A DNA stretch of 64,000 nt from a virus. Shown here one piece after another: positions 19,372 through 28,190 of the stretch (its first letter is position 1; each line of letters starts with the position of its first letter). Below the pieces are notes generated by a model, which ran no database searches, had not been told where the DNA came from, and worked only from the letters and a program-made list of their open reading frames with translations. The DNA lies in the IMG/VR virus record IMGVR_UViG_3300023243_000009, positions 64,001-128,000 of that record. One strand, given 5' to 3'. The position numbers and the translations under genes are program-made.

Positions 19372-21101
19372 ATTTTTAATTTTCTTTTAAACTCTGTAGC
19401 TAAATTATTATCCCTCATAAGTTTATTCATGTGTGTGTTTGCACATAACGCCGATTCCTGAATGATTCTGTGGCCAGATAATGTAATAGCTTCACTAAGG
19501 ATGGATAAATTCATTCCGTATCTAAAAGAAGGTAAAGCTGTAGCACCATAGAGTGAATTCAAGAGTATTTTCATAGTGTATTGCATTAGGTGATTGTATT
19601 CTCCAGCTTCTTTATCACCTGCTTTGTATGCTTCTTTCATACGGTTTTTATACAAAACACGTTCATCAAACCATTTTTTTAAAATAGTAGATAAAACAGA
19701 TTCTTTATCGGTTCTAAACATTGAACCATTAGCGGAGACTGCTAATTTTCCATTTTCAATTATGTTAATTAAATCTTTAACTTTGACACTAGTTTGTTGT
19801 CTCCTACCATTTTCAACTTCTAACAATTCATCTGGGTCTTTGGCTTTTAAATCATTGAGTCCTAGTCTATTGTTTCTATCATCCCCATCTATAATGCGGC
19901 CTATAAATGTTTCTTTACCTATATTTATAGTCATAATAATTGATGGATACAAAGAAGTTAAATCTTCATCAAACATATATTTATACAAACCCGCTTTAGG
20001 GCAAAATAAAAAACCACCAGCATAATTATTTTTTTTCTGTGGGTTTGGCTCTTTAGGTGGTGGAATTATACCTTTTGATAGTAAATAAGCTGAAATTGCT
20101 CCATCTTGGGTTTTACTGTTAGCATAAACTTCACTATAATTATGTTTTCCTTTATGTGATAAATTTTTGGTTAAAGATATATATTGGAGCTTTTCATCTA
20201 ATTTTTGAAGTATTTCTACGTCTCGAAAATTGTATTTTATAAAAGTATGAATATCTTTTTGGAATAATTGATCTAGATTTCCTTTATATTCAATTTTGCC
20301 TAAATTTACATACTTTGCCCCAATAGCATCTAATTTCCAACTTGGTTCATCTTTCCAACTGTATTTTTTATGTAATCTCATATAATCTAATGATTCCACA
20401 CCAATTAAATCAACATATTGATCTTGTTTATAGAAATAATCATTATTTTTCTTGACATTTACCAATCCTAAAGGAGATAACATATCCGCTAAATTTTTAC
20501 CTAACACATTACACATTCTATAATAAAGATAAGGAATGTCAAAAAAATCACTATTGTATCCCACTAAAATGTCTGGGTCTATTTCTCTAAAAAATTCTAA
20601 GAATTTATATAATAACTCTTTTTCGGTTTTAAGGGGAATTATTTTTGTATTCCCATTTTCAGTTAAAGTAACATTATTCTTTTTATCTAAAATTAAAATT
20701 ACCCATTCATCCGGGGTTTTATCCCAATAAGCGATAGAAGTAATAGGCATAGGAGCACCTTCTATATACTCTTCAGTTAAAGCCCCACCAATTTCACACT
20801 CAATATCAAAAAATAGTTCTCTATGACCTACCGAAGGAGTATCATTAATCCCATATTTCTCAATAAGGTATTTTTGTTCCGCTTTCATTTTATTAAAATG
20901 TAGATTAGGTGTATTTTTATCCCATTTTTGAATTTTTTTCAAGGATTCACCACTTAAACCTTTATAATTACCATCCCCAGGAGAACATACTTGGTAAGCA
21001 TAATCATACCATTCTATTTCATCGTAACCCGCTTCATCCCATAAGTGGATTTTATATTTATTGTTTCCTAATCTAGTAGAATAACATTTTTTATAAGACA
21101 T
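19368..21101 (-). CDS. polB: DNA polymerase family B, N-terminal subunit (3'-5' exonuclease plus motifs A and B)
   Basis: FFDIE, GYNSDFFDIPY, YNFRDV, DLTSLYPSII, KILLNSLYG. Confidence 0.93.
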   Translation of the reverse strand: MSYKKCYSTRLGNNKYKIHLWDEAGYDEIEWYDYAYQVCSPGDGNYKGLSGESLKKIQKWDKNTPNLHFNKMKAEQKYLIEKYGINDTPSVGHRELFFDIECEIGGALTEEYIEGAPMPITSIAYWDKTPDEWVILILDKKNNVTLTENGNTKIIPLKTEKELLYKFLEFFREIDPDILVGYNSDFFDIPYLYYRMCNVLGKNLADMLSPLGLVNVKKNNDYFYKQDQYVDLIGVESLDYMRLHKKYSWKDEPSWKLDAIGAKYVNLGKIEYKGNLDQLFQKDIHTFIKYNFRDVEILQKLDEKLQYISLTKNLSHKGKHNYSEVYANSKTQDGAISAYLLSKGIIPPPKEPNPQKKNNYAGGFLFCPKAGLYKYMFDEDLTSLYPSIIMTINIGKETFIGRIIDGDDRNNRLGLNDLKAKDPDELLEVENGRRQQTSVKVKDLINIIENGKLAVSANGSMFRTDKESVLSTILKKWFDERVLYKNRMKEAYKAGDKEAGEYNHLMQYTMKILLNSLYGATALPSFRYGMNLSILSEAITLSGHRIIQESALCANTHMNKLMRDNNLATEFKRKLKI

Positions 21102-21120
21102 TGTAAAACTTTTATTTTAT

Positions 21121-21152
21121 TAAATATAACAAGGCTCCCTTAAGGAGCCTAG
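21121..21152 (-). promoter_or_regulatory. promoter with palindromic GGCTCC-N5-GGAGCC spacer
   Basis: CTAGGCTCCTTAAGGGAGCCTTGTTATATTTA. Confidence 0.55.
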
Positions 21153-21159
21153 TTTTTAT

Positions 21160-21720
21160 TTATTGGTTTGTATCTGATTTTAGATAATCTTTATCTAATT
21201 CCTCTTGTGTAAAGAATTGTCTTAGATCAGGTCGGAAGTATGAAATTGATTTCATGACCTTTCTATCTCTTGTTCTATATACTACGAATCTACCACCGAC
21301 TTTTTCGAAATGACATGACTCAAACTGTTCTTCGCTTCTTTTGGTGACAGTATCCATGGCTTCTTCCTCAGTTGCACAAGTTTTTGACATATTACTTGCC
21401 TGTACCTCTTGATACGCGGGCCATATCTTATCCTTAAGACCGTGTAGCATAGTAGCGTTCCCCAAGGTAACATAAGTAATATCACAAATAGCATCCAAAA
21501 CTTCCACGATGTTTCCACTTTCGCAAGCTTCTCTATATTCTTCAAGTTCTTCGAGTACGAAGTCGTAAACAAATTGCCATTCTTTTTTTTCGGGGATGAT
21601 TGATTCATAAGCATTTGGTTTTCCGAATGTGTGGTTAAAAATTTCTACTTCATTTACAAAGGGCACGTCAGCTATACTATTAGGGGAATAATAAAACCCA
21701 AAATCTAATTGTTTCCCCAT
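21160..21720 (-). CDS. MazG-like all-alpha NTP pyrophosphatase
   Basis: EELEEY ... VLDAICDITYV, SNMSK, KVMK. Confidence 0.75.
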   Translation of the reverse strand: MGKQLDFGFYYSPNSIADVPFVNEVEIFNHTFGKPNAYESIIPEKKEWQFVYDFVLEELEEYREACESGNIVEVLDAICDITYVTLGNATMLHGLKDKIWPAYQEVQASNMSKTCATEEEAMDTVTKRSEEQFESCHFEKVGGRFVVYRTRDRKVMKSISYFRPDLRQFFTQEELDKDYLKSDTNQ

Positions 21721-21917
21721 TAAGCTATTATTTTTATAATTTTGGTTTTTACTATTTTATCTACTGTAAAATTGCTCTCACCCTCAAAGTCTTTGTACAC
21801 TTTGGATTCCGCATCTGTTGGTGAAATTGCTTCCACTAAATACTTTTCAGTAACTCTTTGTATTTTACCTTGTTCGTTTTCTAATGTAAGTTTTACATCT
21901 ACTTGCCAATAATTCAT
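21720..21917 (-). CDS. small protein resembling Bacteroidota DUF4494
   Basis: KIQRVTEKYLVEAISPTDAE. Confidence 0.55.
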   Translation of the reverse strand: MNYWQVDVKLTLENEQGKIQRVTEKYLVEAISPTDAESKVYKDFEGESNFTVDKIVKTKIIKIIA

Positions 21918-21945
21918 AATCTACTTGTTTTTAGTTTTTATTTAT

Positions 21946-22380
21946 TTAAAAAAATGTTTGATTTGGAGCTTCAACTTTAACAGCATCACCCAAATAATCT
22001 TGTATGTGGTTACTATCTGTTTTCTCCCAAGGGTAGATAAGCCACTCATCTCCTTTATGCTCCTCAGCCCATATTGTGGGTTTAAAACTACTAGTGTGGG
22101 GTTTATAGTGTAGTACTGCTGTATACACACCCGGTGAGTTATTTAATGTTGTTCCACTATCAGCAATATCATCTATTACTAAAGTATTAGGACCTACTAC
22201 GTATACATAAGGTAAATCTAACATATGTGAAACCATTACAGCAGGGATTAAACCTCCCCTAGCAATACCGTGTACTGAATCTATGTTTGGTGTCTCAGTT
22301 ATAATCTTCTCACATAATGTTTTAACTAATGTTTCTACATCACCCCAACTTAATATTAACTTATTATCTACCTTTAACAT
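21946..22380 (-). CDS. type I phosphoribosyltransferase (Gpt-like)
   Basis: GIARGGLIPA, LVIDDIADSGTT, WLIYPWE. Confidence 0.9.
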   Translation of the reverse strand: MLKVDNKLILSWGDVETLVKTLCEKIITETPNIDSVHGIARGGLIPAVMVSHMLDLPYVYVVGPNTLVIDDIADSGTTLNNSPGVYTAVLHYKPHTSSFKPTIWAEEHKGDEWLIYPWEKTDSNHIQDYLGDAVKVEAPNQTFF

Positions 22381-23078
22381 GATTTTAAATATTTAAATTT
22401 ACTATTCTCGTCTTTCAACATAATATACATTTTCCTTTTATGTATTCCAAATTTTTCCATACATTTTTTAACTGAGGGGTATATTTCTCCAGTTTCTATA
22501 TTTTTAATATATTTACCTGTTTTTGGTCCTGCTCCTAATTTTAATTTTCCTTTACCCCCGGCACCAGGTTTAGGTTTTCCTCTTTGCTTCCAACAGGGTT
22601 TACCTTTTCTTTTACTAGGTATTCCCTTTTTTCCTAAACTTATATTCTTTTTATGTTCCTTTGTTTTAGGTTTTCCGAGCAATGCCTTACTTATTTTGGG
22701 TTTTTTAAGACCTTGAAGGGCTTCACTAACTAGAGGGTATGTTTTACCAGTTCGAGATTTGGAGATTTGCTTCCCTCTATTTAAATACTTTTGTGTTTTC
22801 GTAGGACCTCCGTCGCTCCCATAACTTTTATTAGTTAAATTATAAAAAAGAGGGTTATCCTTGGTATTATAATATTCTAACCAATAAACCTCTTTAATCT
22901 TTAAATCCTCAATAGATAAGCAAGTTTCAATTGTTTTTTTGATGAAATTATTTTTACCATACTTTTGAATATCTTCTTTTAAAAGAACCCCCCCACCTAA
23001 ATAGTAGGGGGAGTTATTTCTATCTTTACCTATATATTTCTTACCATTTACCAGATTAGTTGTTTCGTATATAATCAT
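22374..23078 (-). CDS. GIY-YIG homing endonuclease with NUMOD3-like repeats
   Basis: IIY...KKYIG, YLGGG, E..W, YN; basic repeats KISKALLGKPKT. Confidence 0.85.
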   Translation of the reverse strand: MIIYETTNLVNGKKYIGKDRNNSPYYLGGGVLLKEDIQKYGKNNFIKKTIETCLSIEDLKIKEVYWLEYYNTKDNPLFYNLTNKSYGSDGGPTKTQKYLNRGKQISKSRTGKTYPLVSEALQGLKKPKISKALLGKPKTKEHKKNISLGKKGIPSKRKGKPCWKQRGKPKPGAGGKGKLKLGAGPKTGKYIKNIETGEIYPSVKKCMEKFGIHKRKMYIMLKDENSKFKYLKSC

Positions 23079-23143
23079 AATTTTTGTTATACATATATGA
23101 AACCCTAAGGAGAGTAATAAAAGTATACTAAGGGTTTAATTTA

Positions 23144-23845
23144 TTAATGACTATCTTTTAAATTATTAGCCATTGCAATAGAGTCGAAGTATTCTTTTCT
23201 TACTTCTGGTTTTTCCCTAAATACACCTGAGAGTTCATTGGTGACCATTGATGCTCCTCTATGTCCTGTACCTCTACATGATACACAGGAATGTGATGCT
23301 ATAATTGAAACTGCAACTCCGATATTTCCCTCGCATATCTTATTTATAGCCTGATGGATAGCCACAGTTAATTGTTCTTGAATTGCACCTCTACGTCCAA
23401 AGTGTTCTACAAGACGATTTAATTTACTTAAACCCACAACTTGACCCCCTTCACCCGGGATGTATCCTATATGGACTCTACCTAATATAGATTCGTGGTG
23501 GTGACTACACATACTTGTTAAAGGTATATTACATTCCAAAACCATCCCCTGATAACCATCTGAGGGGAAAGATGTAATTGAGGGTGGGGAATTATATCTC
23601 CCAGCCCATTGTTCTAAAACATATTTTTTAGCAATACGTTTTGGTGTTTCCATTGAATTTGGATCGTTTCTCCAATCGCATCTTAATGCATCTAGAAACT
23701 GACCGAATGCCGAGGCGGCATCCTCTATCATTTGTTGTTTTTCTAAATGGGATAAGGGAAAACCAGAGGCAACACCATTAGCAAATCCTTCTTTTACCAC
23801 TTCTAACTCTTCGTGGATTTTTCTTCTATCGTTAACATTGCTCAT
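23144..23845 (-). CDS. folE: GTP cyclohydrolase I
   Basis: ETPKRIAK, SMCSHH, GLSKLNR, QEQLT, HSCVSCRG. Confidence 0.95.
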   Translation of the reverse strand: MSNVNDRRKIHEELEVVKEGFANGVASGFPLSHLEKQQMIEDAASAFGQFLDALRCDWRNDPNSMETPKRIAKKYVLEQWAGRYNSPPSITSFPSDGYQGMVLECNIPLTSMCSHHHESILGRVHIGYIPGEGGQVVGLSKLNRLVEHFGRRGAIQEQLTVAIHQAINKICEGNIGVAVSIIASHSCVSCRGTGHRGASMVTNELSGVFREKPEVRKEYFDSIAMANNLKDSH

Positions 23846-23993
23846 TTATATAACTTTTTATTTTATCTATTAAAACTAATACATCATCGGGGTCCATTGT
23901 TATTGCACAACAGACGTTAATATTCTCCTCTATTTCCTCCAATATACGAAGGGCTTCTTGCTTATCCAAATTAATTGTTGTATTTAAACATTA

Positions 23994-24881
23994 TCATACG
24001 CATCGGTCTTGCTCAAATGCTATAATGTGTGGGCGCCAAGTCATGCGGTATCCGTTATCTCTAACCCAATCAAATACTAAAGGGTATGATTGAAATAATC
24101 CCTCCCTTGTATCACCACTAGGCATAAACCACACTTTTTCTTTAATCCAGTCATTCATCTCATCTACTGTATAAGCATCAGTCCAAGATGTTGTCCCGTA
24201 AGTTCTTTCATGTAATTTTTCTACTAACTGATTGATGAATTCTTTTATTTCAGCTAAAGCCACTTCATCTTTTCCGTCCCATACAGGTTTTAAATGGAAA
24301 TCTTGATGATAAACTATCGAATCAGCAATTGCATCTATATTTAACCTAAGTTTATTATGTTGTTTTATCATTTTTTCATCCGTAATACCACCTTGAGGTG
24401 TTCTAACACCAACAACGGGGACACTATTACTAAACTTAGGACTAATGCTAAGCAAATGAATAGGATAATCGGTAGCAAGAAAATGAGATCCCTCAGTTTC
24501 AATAGTAATATAAATATTTTTTTCATGTGCAAAATGTGTTAATTCATTTACTAAAGCAGCATGCATAGTAGGAGAACCCCCAGTAAGCATCATTTCTTTG
24601 ATGTGGGGATTATCTTTATACATATCAATTATAGATTGGAAATTGTAAATTCCTTTCTCGGGGTGTATCGATGTATAAAAAGAATCGCACCATCCACCTT
24701 CACCAAAATAACATCTGTGGGTACATCCTGTTGTACGTATAACTACTGTTGGGTATCCTGCTCTAGATCCTTCTGATTGTACAGCGGTGTAAACTTCTAC
24801 AATAGGTAAAACCTTATCATAGTCTGGTAATCGTTTTAATTGTTTTTGTTCCATAATTTTTTTAAGTGGTTTTTGTTTCAC
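23994..24881 (-). CDS. queE: 7-carboxy-7-deazaguanine synthase (radical SAM)
   Basis: VQSEG..AG, IRTTGC-x3-C-x7-CDS, TGGSP, ETEGS, ISPK. Confidence 0.9.
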   Translation of the reverse strand: MKQKPLKKIMEQKQLKRLPDYDKVLPIVEVYTAVQSEGSRAGYPTVVIRTTGCTHRCYFGEGGWCDSFYTSIHPEKGIYNFQSIIDMYKDNPHIKEMMLTGGSPTMHAALVNELTHFAHEKNIYITIETEGSHFLATDYPIHLLSISPKFSNSVPVVGVRTPQGGITDEKMIKQHNKLRLNIDAIADSIVYHQDFHLKPVWDGKDEVALAEIKEFINQLVEKLHERTYGTTSWTDAYTVDEMNDWIKEKVWFMPSGDTREGLFQSYPLVFDWVRDNGYRMTWRPHIIAFEQDRCV

Positions 24882-24887
24882 TATTTT

Positions 24888-25352
24888 TTATTCGCAATAA
24901 TAGGCAGCATTTTTTCCATGTTCCATGAACTTCACCTTAGTAACCCTAACTCTATTAAACGTTTCTGTTTTAACAAATACATTTAATTTACCAAAGATAT
25001 ACTCTGCGAATTTTTCTGCTCCTGTAGAAGGTATTACTCTTACCTGAGCAACTCCTGCTTCTCCCATTTGTTTAAATGCTTCTACTTCAGGATCATCTTC
25101 TGCTACAATCAAGGTATGATCGAAAGTATAATCCATCCAAGCTTTTGGTTGTTTACCATCAATTAAAGTAGATGCGCGTTTCATTCCACCGAAATCCCAA
25201 ACCCAATTCCTATCGTCTAATTCACCCTCAAAGTAAACTTTGAATGAAATTCCATAACCGTGTATGAATTTACACATTGTACCCTCTGCTCTCCATTGAC
25301 GGAATACAGTGCTGAATCCGTCGAATACTTTACTTGATTGAAATTTACCCAT
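24888..25352 (-). CDS. queD: 6-carboxytetrahydropterin synthase
   Basis: C..IHGY, DFG, FDHTL, GAEKFAE. Confidence 0.9.
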   Translation of the reverse strand: MGKFQSSKVFDGFSTVFRQWRAEGTMCKFIHGYGISFKVYFEGELDDRNWVWDFGGMKRASTLIDGKQPKAWMDYTFDHTLIVAEDDPEVEAFKQMGEAGVAQVRVIPSTGAEKFAEYIFGKLNVFVKTETFNRVRVTKVKFMEHGKNAAYYCE

Positions 25353-25596
25353 TATAGAAGTTTTGAATTGCTTGTTCTGTATTTAACCCTAATAATCTAT
25401 CTTTTGCTTCACCATTTTCTAGTAAGACTAGAGTGGGGATGTTTCGTATTGCGTATTTCGCCGTAAGCTCGGTATTTTGGTCTACATCAACTTTTTTGAA
25501 GTTGATTTTTCCTTCGGATTGTAATTTTTCCATTCGGGGTGCTAACTGTTTACATGGTCCACACCAGGTCCCTGTGAAGTACAATATTTCTCTCAT
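25345..25596 (-). CDS. trxA: thioredoxin
   Basis: WCGPC, IPTL. Confidence 0.9.
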   Translation of the reverse strand: MREILYFTGTWCGPCKQLAPRMEKLQSEGKINFKKVDVDQNTELTAKYAIRNIPTLVLLENGEAKDRLLGLNTEQAIQNFYNG

Positions 25597-25621
25597 TTTT
25601 AGTTATTTAATTTATTTTGGT

Positions 25622-25786
25622 TTATACTAATTCTTCTACTATTCCTATTCCTTCACTTAATATAAGTAAACCTACTGCGAAATCCAAACTATAACATAAA
25701 GAAATGTAACCTAAGATACGGATACATGACTTAGTGAAGTTAATTCTTTGGTGAAGGTGGTCATTTGGGTTTTTTTGGTTGTTCAT
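25622..25786 (-). CDS. 54-aa membrane protein
   Basis: MNNQKNPNDHLHQRINFTKSCIRILGYISLCYSLDFAVGLLILSEGIGIVEELV, read manually. Confidence 0.55.
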   Translation of the reverse strand: MNNQKNPNDHLHQRINFTKSCIRILGYISLCYSLDFAVGLLILSEGIGIVEELV

Positions 25787-25805
25787 AATTTATGTGTTAA
25801 TATAC

Positions 25806-25835
25806 AAAAGAAGACTCGCATTGGCAAGTCTTCTT
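25806..25835 (-). terminator. terminator of the tRNA cluster, overlapping a promoter
   Basis: AAGAAGACTTGC-CAAT-GCGAGTCTTCTTTT-GTATATT; near-identical copy at 37602-37630. Confidence 0.7.
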
Positions 25836-25869
25836 ATACATTTATTTGAGATATTGGATAAAATTATTG

Positions 25870-25942
25870 TGGTCCGTATAGGAATCGAACCTATGACCTT
25901 TTCGTTATGAGCGAACTTCTCTACCAGCTGAGATAACGGACC
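25870..25942 (-). tRNA. tRNA-Met/Ile2 (CAT)
   Basis: GGTCCGT acceptor, loop CTCATAA, T-arm ATAGG-TTCGATT-CCTAT. Confidence 0.85.
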
Positions 25943-26005
25943 TTGCCTTTTTTAGAGTTTTTAGGATAGAACTCAAGGACAGAACGACCTGTAAAACTAT
26001 TTAGA

Positions 26006-26074
26006 AGCGGATTGAGGACTCGAACCTCGCCTCAGGGTTATGAGCCCTACATGCTGCCAATTACACCAAACCGC
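26006..26074 (-). tRNA. tRNA-Met (CAT)
   Basis: TAGGG-CTCATAA-CCCTG, TTCGAGT T-loop. Confidence 0.75.
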
Positions 26075-26078
26075 AATT

Positions 26079-26153
26079 TGGCGGTCTATGAGGGTTTCGA
26101 TCCCTCTACTCTACCGTGACAGGGTAGCATGATAGCCAGTTCACAAATAGACC
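26079..26153 (-). tRNA. tRNA-Asp (GTC), CCA encoded
   Basis: CTACC-CTGTCAC-GGTAG. Confidence 0.9.
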
Positions 26154-26369
26154 GGTTTTGCTTAGTGAGATTACTAAGCTAGATTTTAACGGTTTTATTT
26201 CCTTTCAAACAAACTCATAAGTGTCTTACCACATGAAACAAAGTCAAATTACTGGGAGACTCTATTACCCGTCTTTATTCCTCAGAGAGCGGCGTTAAGG
26301 ATGTCCACTCTAGTACCCCCATTTTGTTTATAGACTCCATGGATGTCTGTAAGTATCTCTTACTTATTG

Positions 26370-26442
26370 TGGAGTAGATGGGACTCGAACCCACATACTT
26401 TACCTTGCAAAGGTACTGCTAAGCCAATTTAGCTACAACCCC
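26370..26442 (-). tRNA. tRNA-Ala (TGC)
   Basis: GGGGTTG with G3-U70; loop TTTGCAA. Confidence 0.9.
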
Positions 26443-26615
26443 AATTAATTAAAAACTCTTTGTCCAAATTTCAGTTATGGAATTACGCTCCTTTGTTTCA
26501 GAGAGTAGATAACCTCTACAATAAACACAACTGCTGATACAGCTTACATATTACTTGAGGTATTTTACAAGTCTGAATACTATTGTTTATCTTCAAGCAA
26601 AGAATTTTTAATTTG

Positions 26616-26687
26616 TATTCCTGGAGGGTATCGATCCCTCTACTCTACCGTGAAAGGGTAGTGACTTAGCCAGTTGTCGACAGGAAC
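26616..26687 (-). tRNA. tRNA-Glu (TTC)
   Basis: CTACC-CTTTCAC-GGTAG. Confidence 0.88.
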
Positions 26688-26693
26688 ATTCAG

Positions 26694-26775
26694 CGGAAGA
26701 GATAGGATTCGAACCTACAAAGCTTTTACACCCGACTGTTTTCAAGACAGCTTAACAACCATTGTCCACTCTTCC
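26694..26775 (-). tRNA. tRNA-Ser (TGA)
   Basis: CTGT-CTTGAAA-ACAG, long variable arm. Confidence 0.88.
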
Positions 26776-26954
26776 AATTGTAACTTTTAGAACACCTTAG
26801 AGTTACCAACTAATTCGACAAAACGATTCGAATGGCATCCGCGCCCATCTGTTTAACAATCCAATACTCGAAAGATATTGAGGTTTAATATTAAACAGAC
26901 CCGTCATCCGTGTGCTTCGTTCCCTATCCTATGCATCGGAATCAGGCCGTTTTG

Positions 26955-27026
26955 AGCGAATAGAGAGAATCGAACTCTCGTCCTCTGGTTGGAAGCCAGA
27001 TGTAATAGCCATTATACTACATTCGC
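26955..27026 (-). tRNA. tRNA-Gly (TCC)
   Basis: GCGAATG acceptor, TCTGG-CTTCCAA-CCAGA, U73. Confidence 0.9.
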
Positions 27027-27233
27027 GTAATAATTAAATTTTTTGTACTCAATGTACATCATAACTGTTGTTGTGTAAACAGTGAGTTAAGTTTTTATAA
27101 TATTACCATGTGTGCACTAGTAATAAATTGTTCTTTACTTAACCTCTACTCTCCCTAGTTTCTATTTCGAAATTCACCTAGCTATCTGAGATTTATATAC
27201 CAGGGGATCATACCCTAGTCTTCATTTAATTTG

Positions 27234-27305
27234 AGCCTCCACAAGGAATCGAACCCTGTTAATCCGGGTACAAACCGGGTACATTACCATTTATGCTTTG
27301 GAGGC
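27234..27305 (-). tRNA. tRNA-Thr (TGT)
   Basis: CCGG-TTTGTAC-CCGG, acceptor GCCTCCA/TGGAGGC. Confidence 0.8.
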
Positions 27306-27729
27306 AAATATAAGAGAGGTTCGGGTCTTTCGAGGTTTCTAGAAATATCTGGGACTGGAGATAAACCTTTATCTTATTCCAGCTTGTCCTAGCTTCACTT
27401 ACTCTCTTAATATTATAAGTTAGAATGGTTGTTTGAATCCCTTTTCAGTTCACCCTTGAACGTCTAACTTTATATTTTACTTCTAATTCTACCCAATACT
27501 TCTGTATGGACTAGTATCTAAACTTTTAACGCGTATTAATTATTTAGCGTAGTTATTAAATAAGTTTTCTCTTATCAGCAGGGCCGGCATATCTTCCTTG
27601 GTTGTTTATACCTTGGTTTCAAATCCTTAGCTTACTTTAATAACAATCAGAAGCTCTTTATCCTTACGGTCCCGTAGTTTTGGCTGCATACCAACTCCAC
27701 AGTTAGGCCAGGGCTTTAAAGAGATTTTG

Positions 27730-27882
27730 TAGTCCTAGTTGGAATCGAACCAACCTTTGATAAGTTACTTACTCTAATGCTTTAACTTTCTCTTCAAACT
27801 AGTATAAGAAGTGTTAAACCAAAAGCCGTAACGTTACCCCACTAGTAAGAGTAGGGGCGACCTACTACTACATATAGGACTA
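27730..27882 (-). ncRNA. 153-nt tRNA-like RNA (acceptor and T-arm intact, large structured interior)
   Basis: TAGTCCT/AGGACTA 7-bp acceptor; GTTGG-TTCGATT-CCAAC; no canonical D or anticodon arm. Confidence 0.65.
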
Positions 27883-27893
27883 TTTTAATTTTG

Positions 27894-27997
27894 TAGCTAT
27901 GTTAGGATTTGAACCTAATCCGGCTTTACAATACTAAGTGAACTTATCGTTAAACTTAACCTTGGAGAGGTGCTATCAACCAATGATCTCACAGCTA
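27894..27997 (-). ncRNA. 104-nt atypical tRNA-like RNA with oversized variable region
   Basis: TAGCTGT/ATAGCTA, D-like ATTGGTT loop, ambiguous CTCCAA loop, about 38-nt extra arm, TTAGG-TTCAAAT-CCTAA. Confidence 0.55.
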
Positions 27998-28190
27998 TAT
28001 TTTTTGCACTAACAGTAACTAGCTTATCCTTTTAAATCTGTTAATACTTCGGAATCTAACCGCTCATATCTCAAGTCCAGCGTAAGGACTAATGCTTATA
28101 TGTTCTTGATATGCAACCTTCTAGGTATAAAGTTCCCACCACTTCACATCTAGAGTAATAAGTCGTAGATGCTACTCGAGAAGTTTTTTG

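Noticed and set aside
27412-27882. tmRNA, RNase P RNA or group I intron calls for the long spacer RNAs
   Set aside because: No GGGG..G3-U70 tmRNA ends or tag frame, no RNase P P4 motifs; GATACTAGTCC only loosely resembles a group I S element and no matching R element was found
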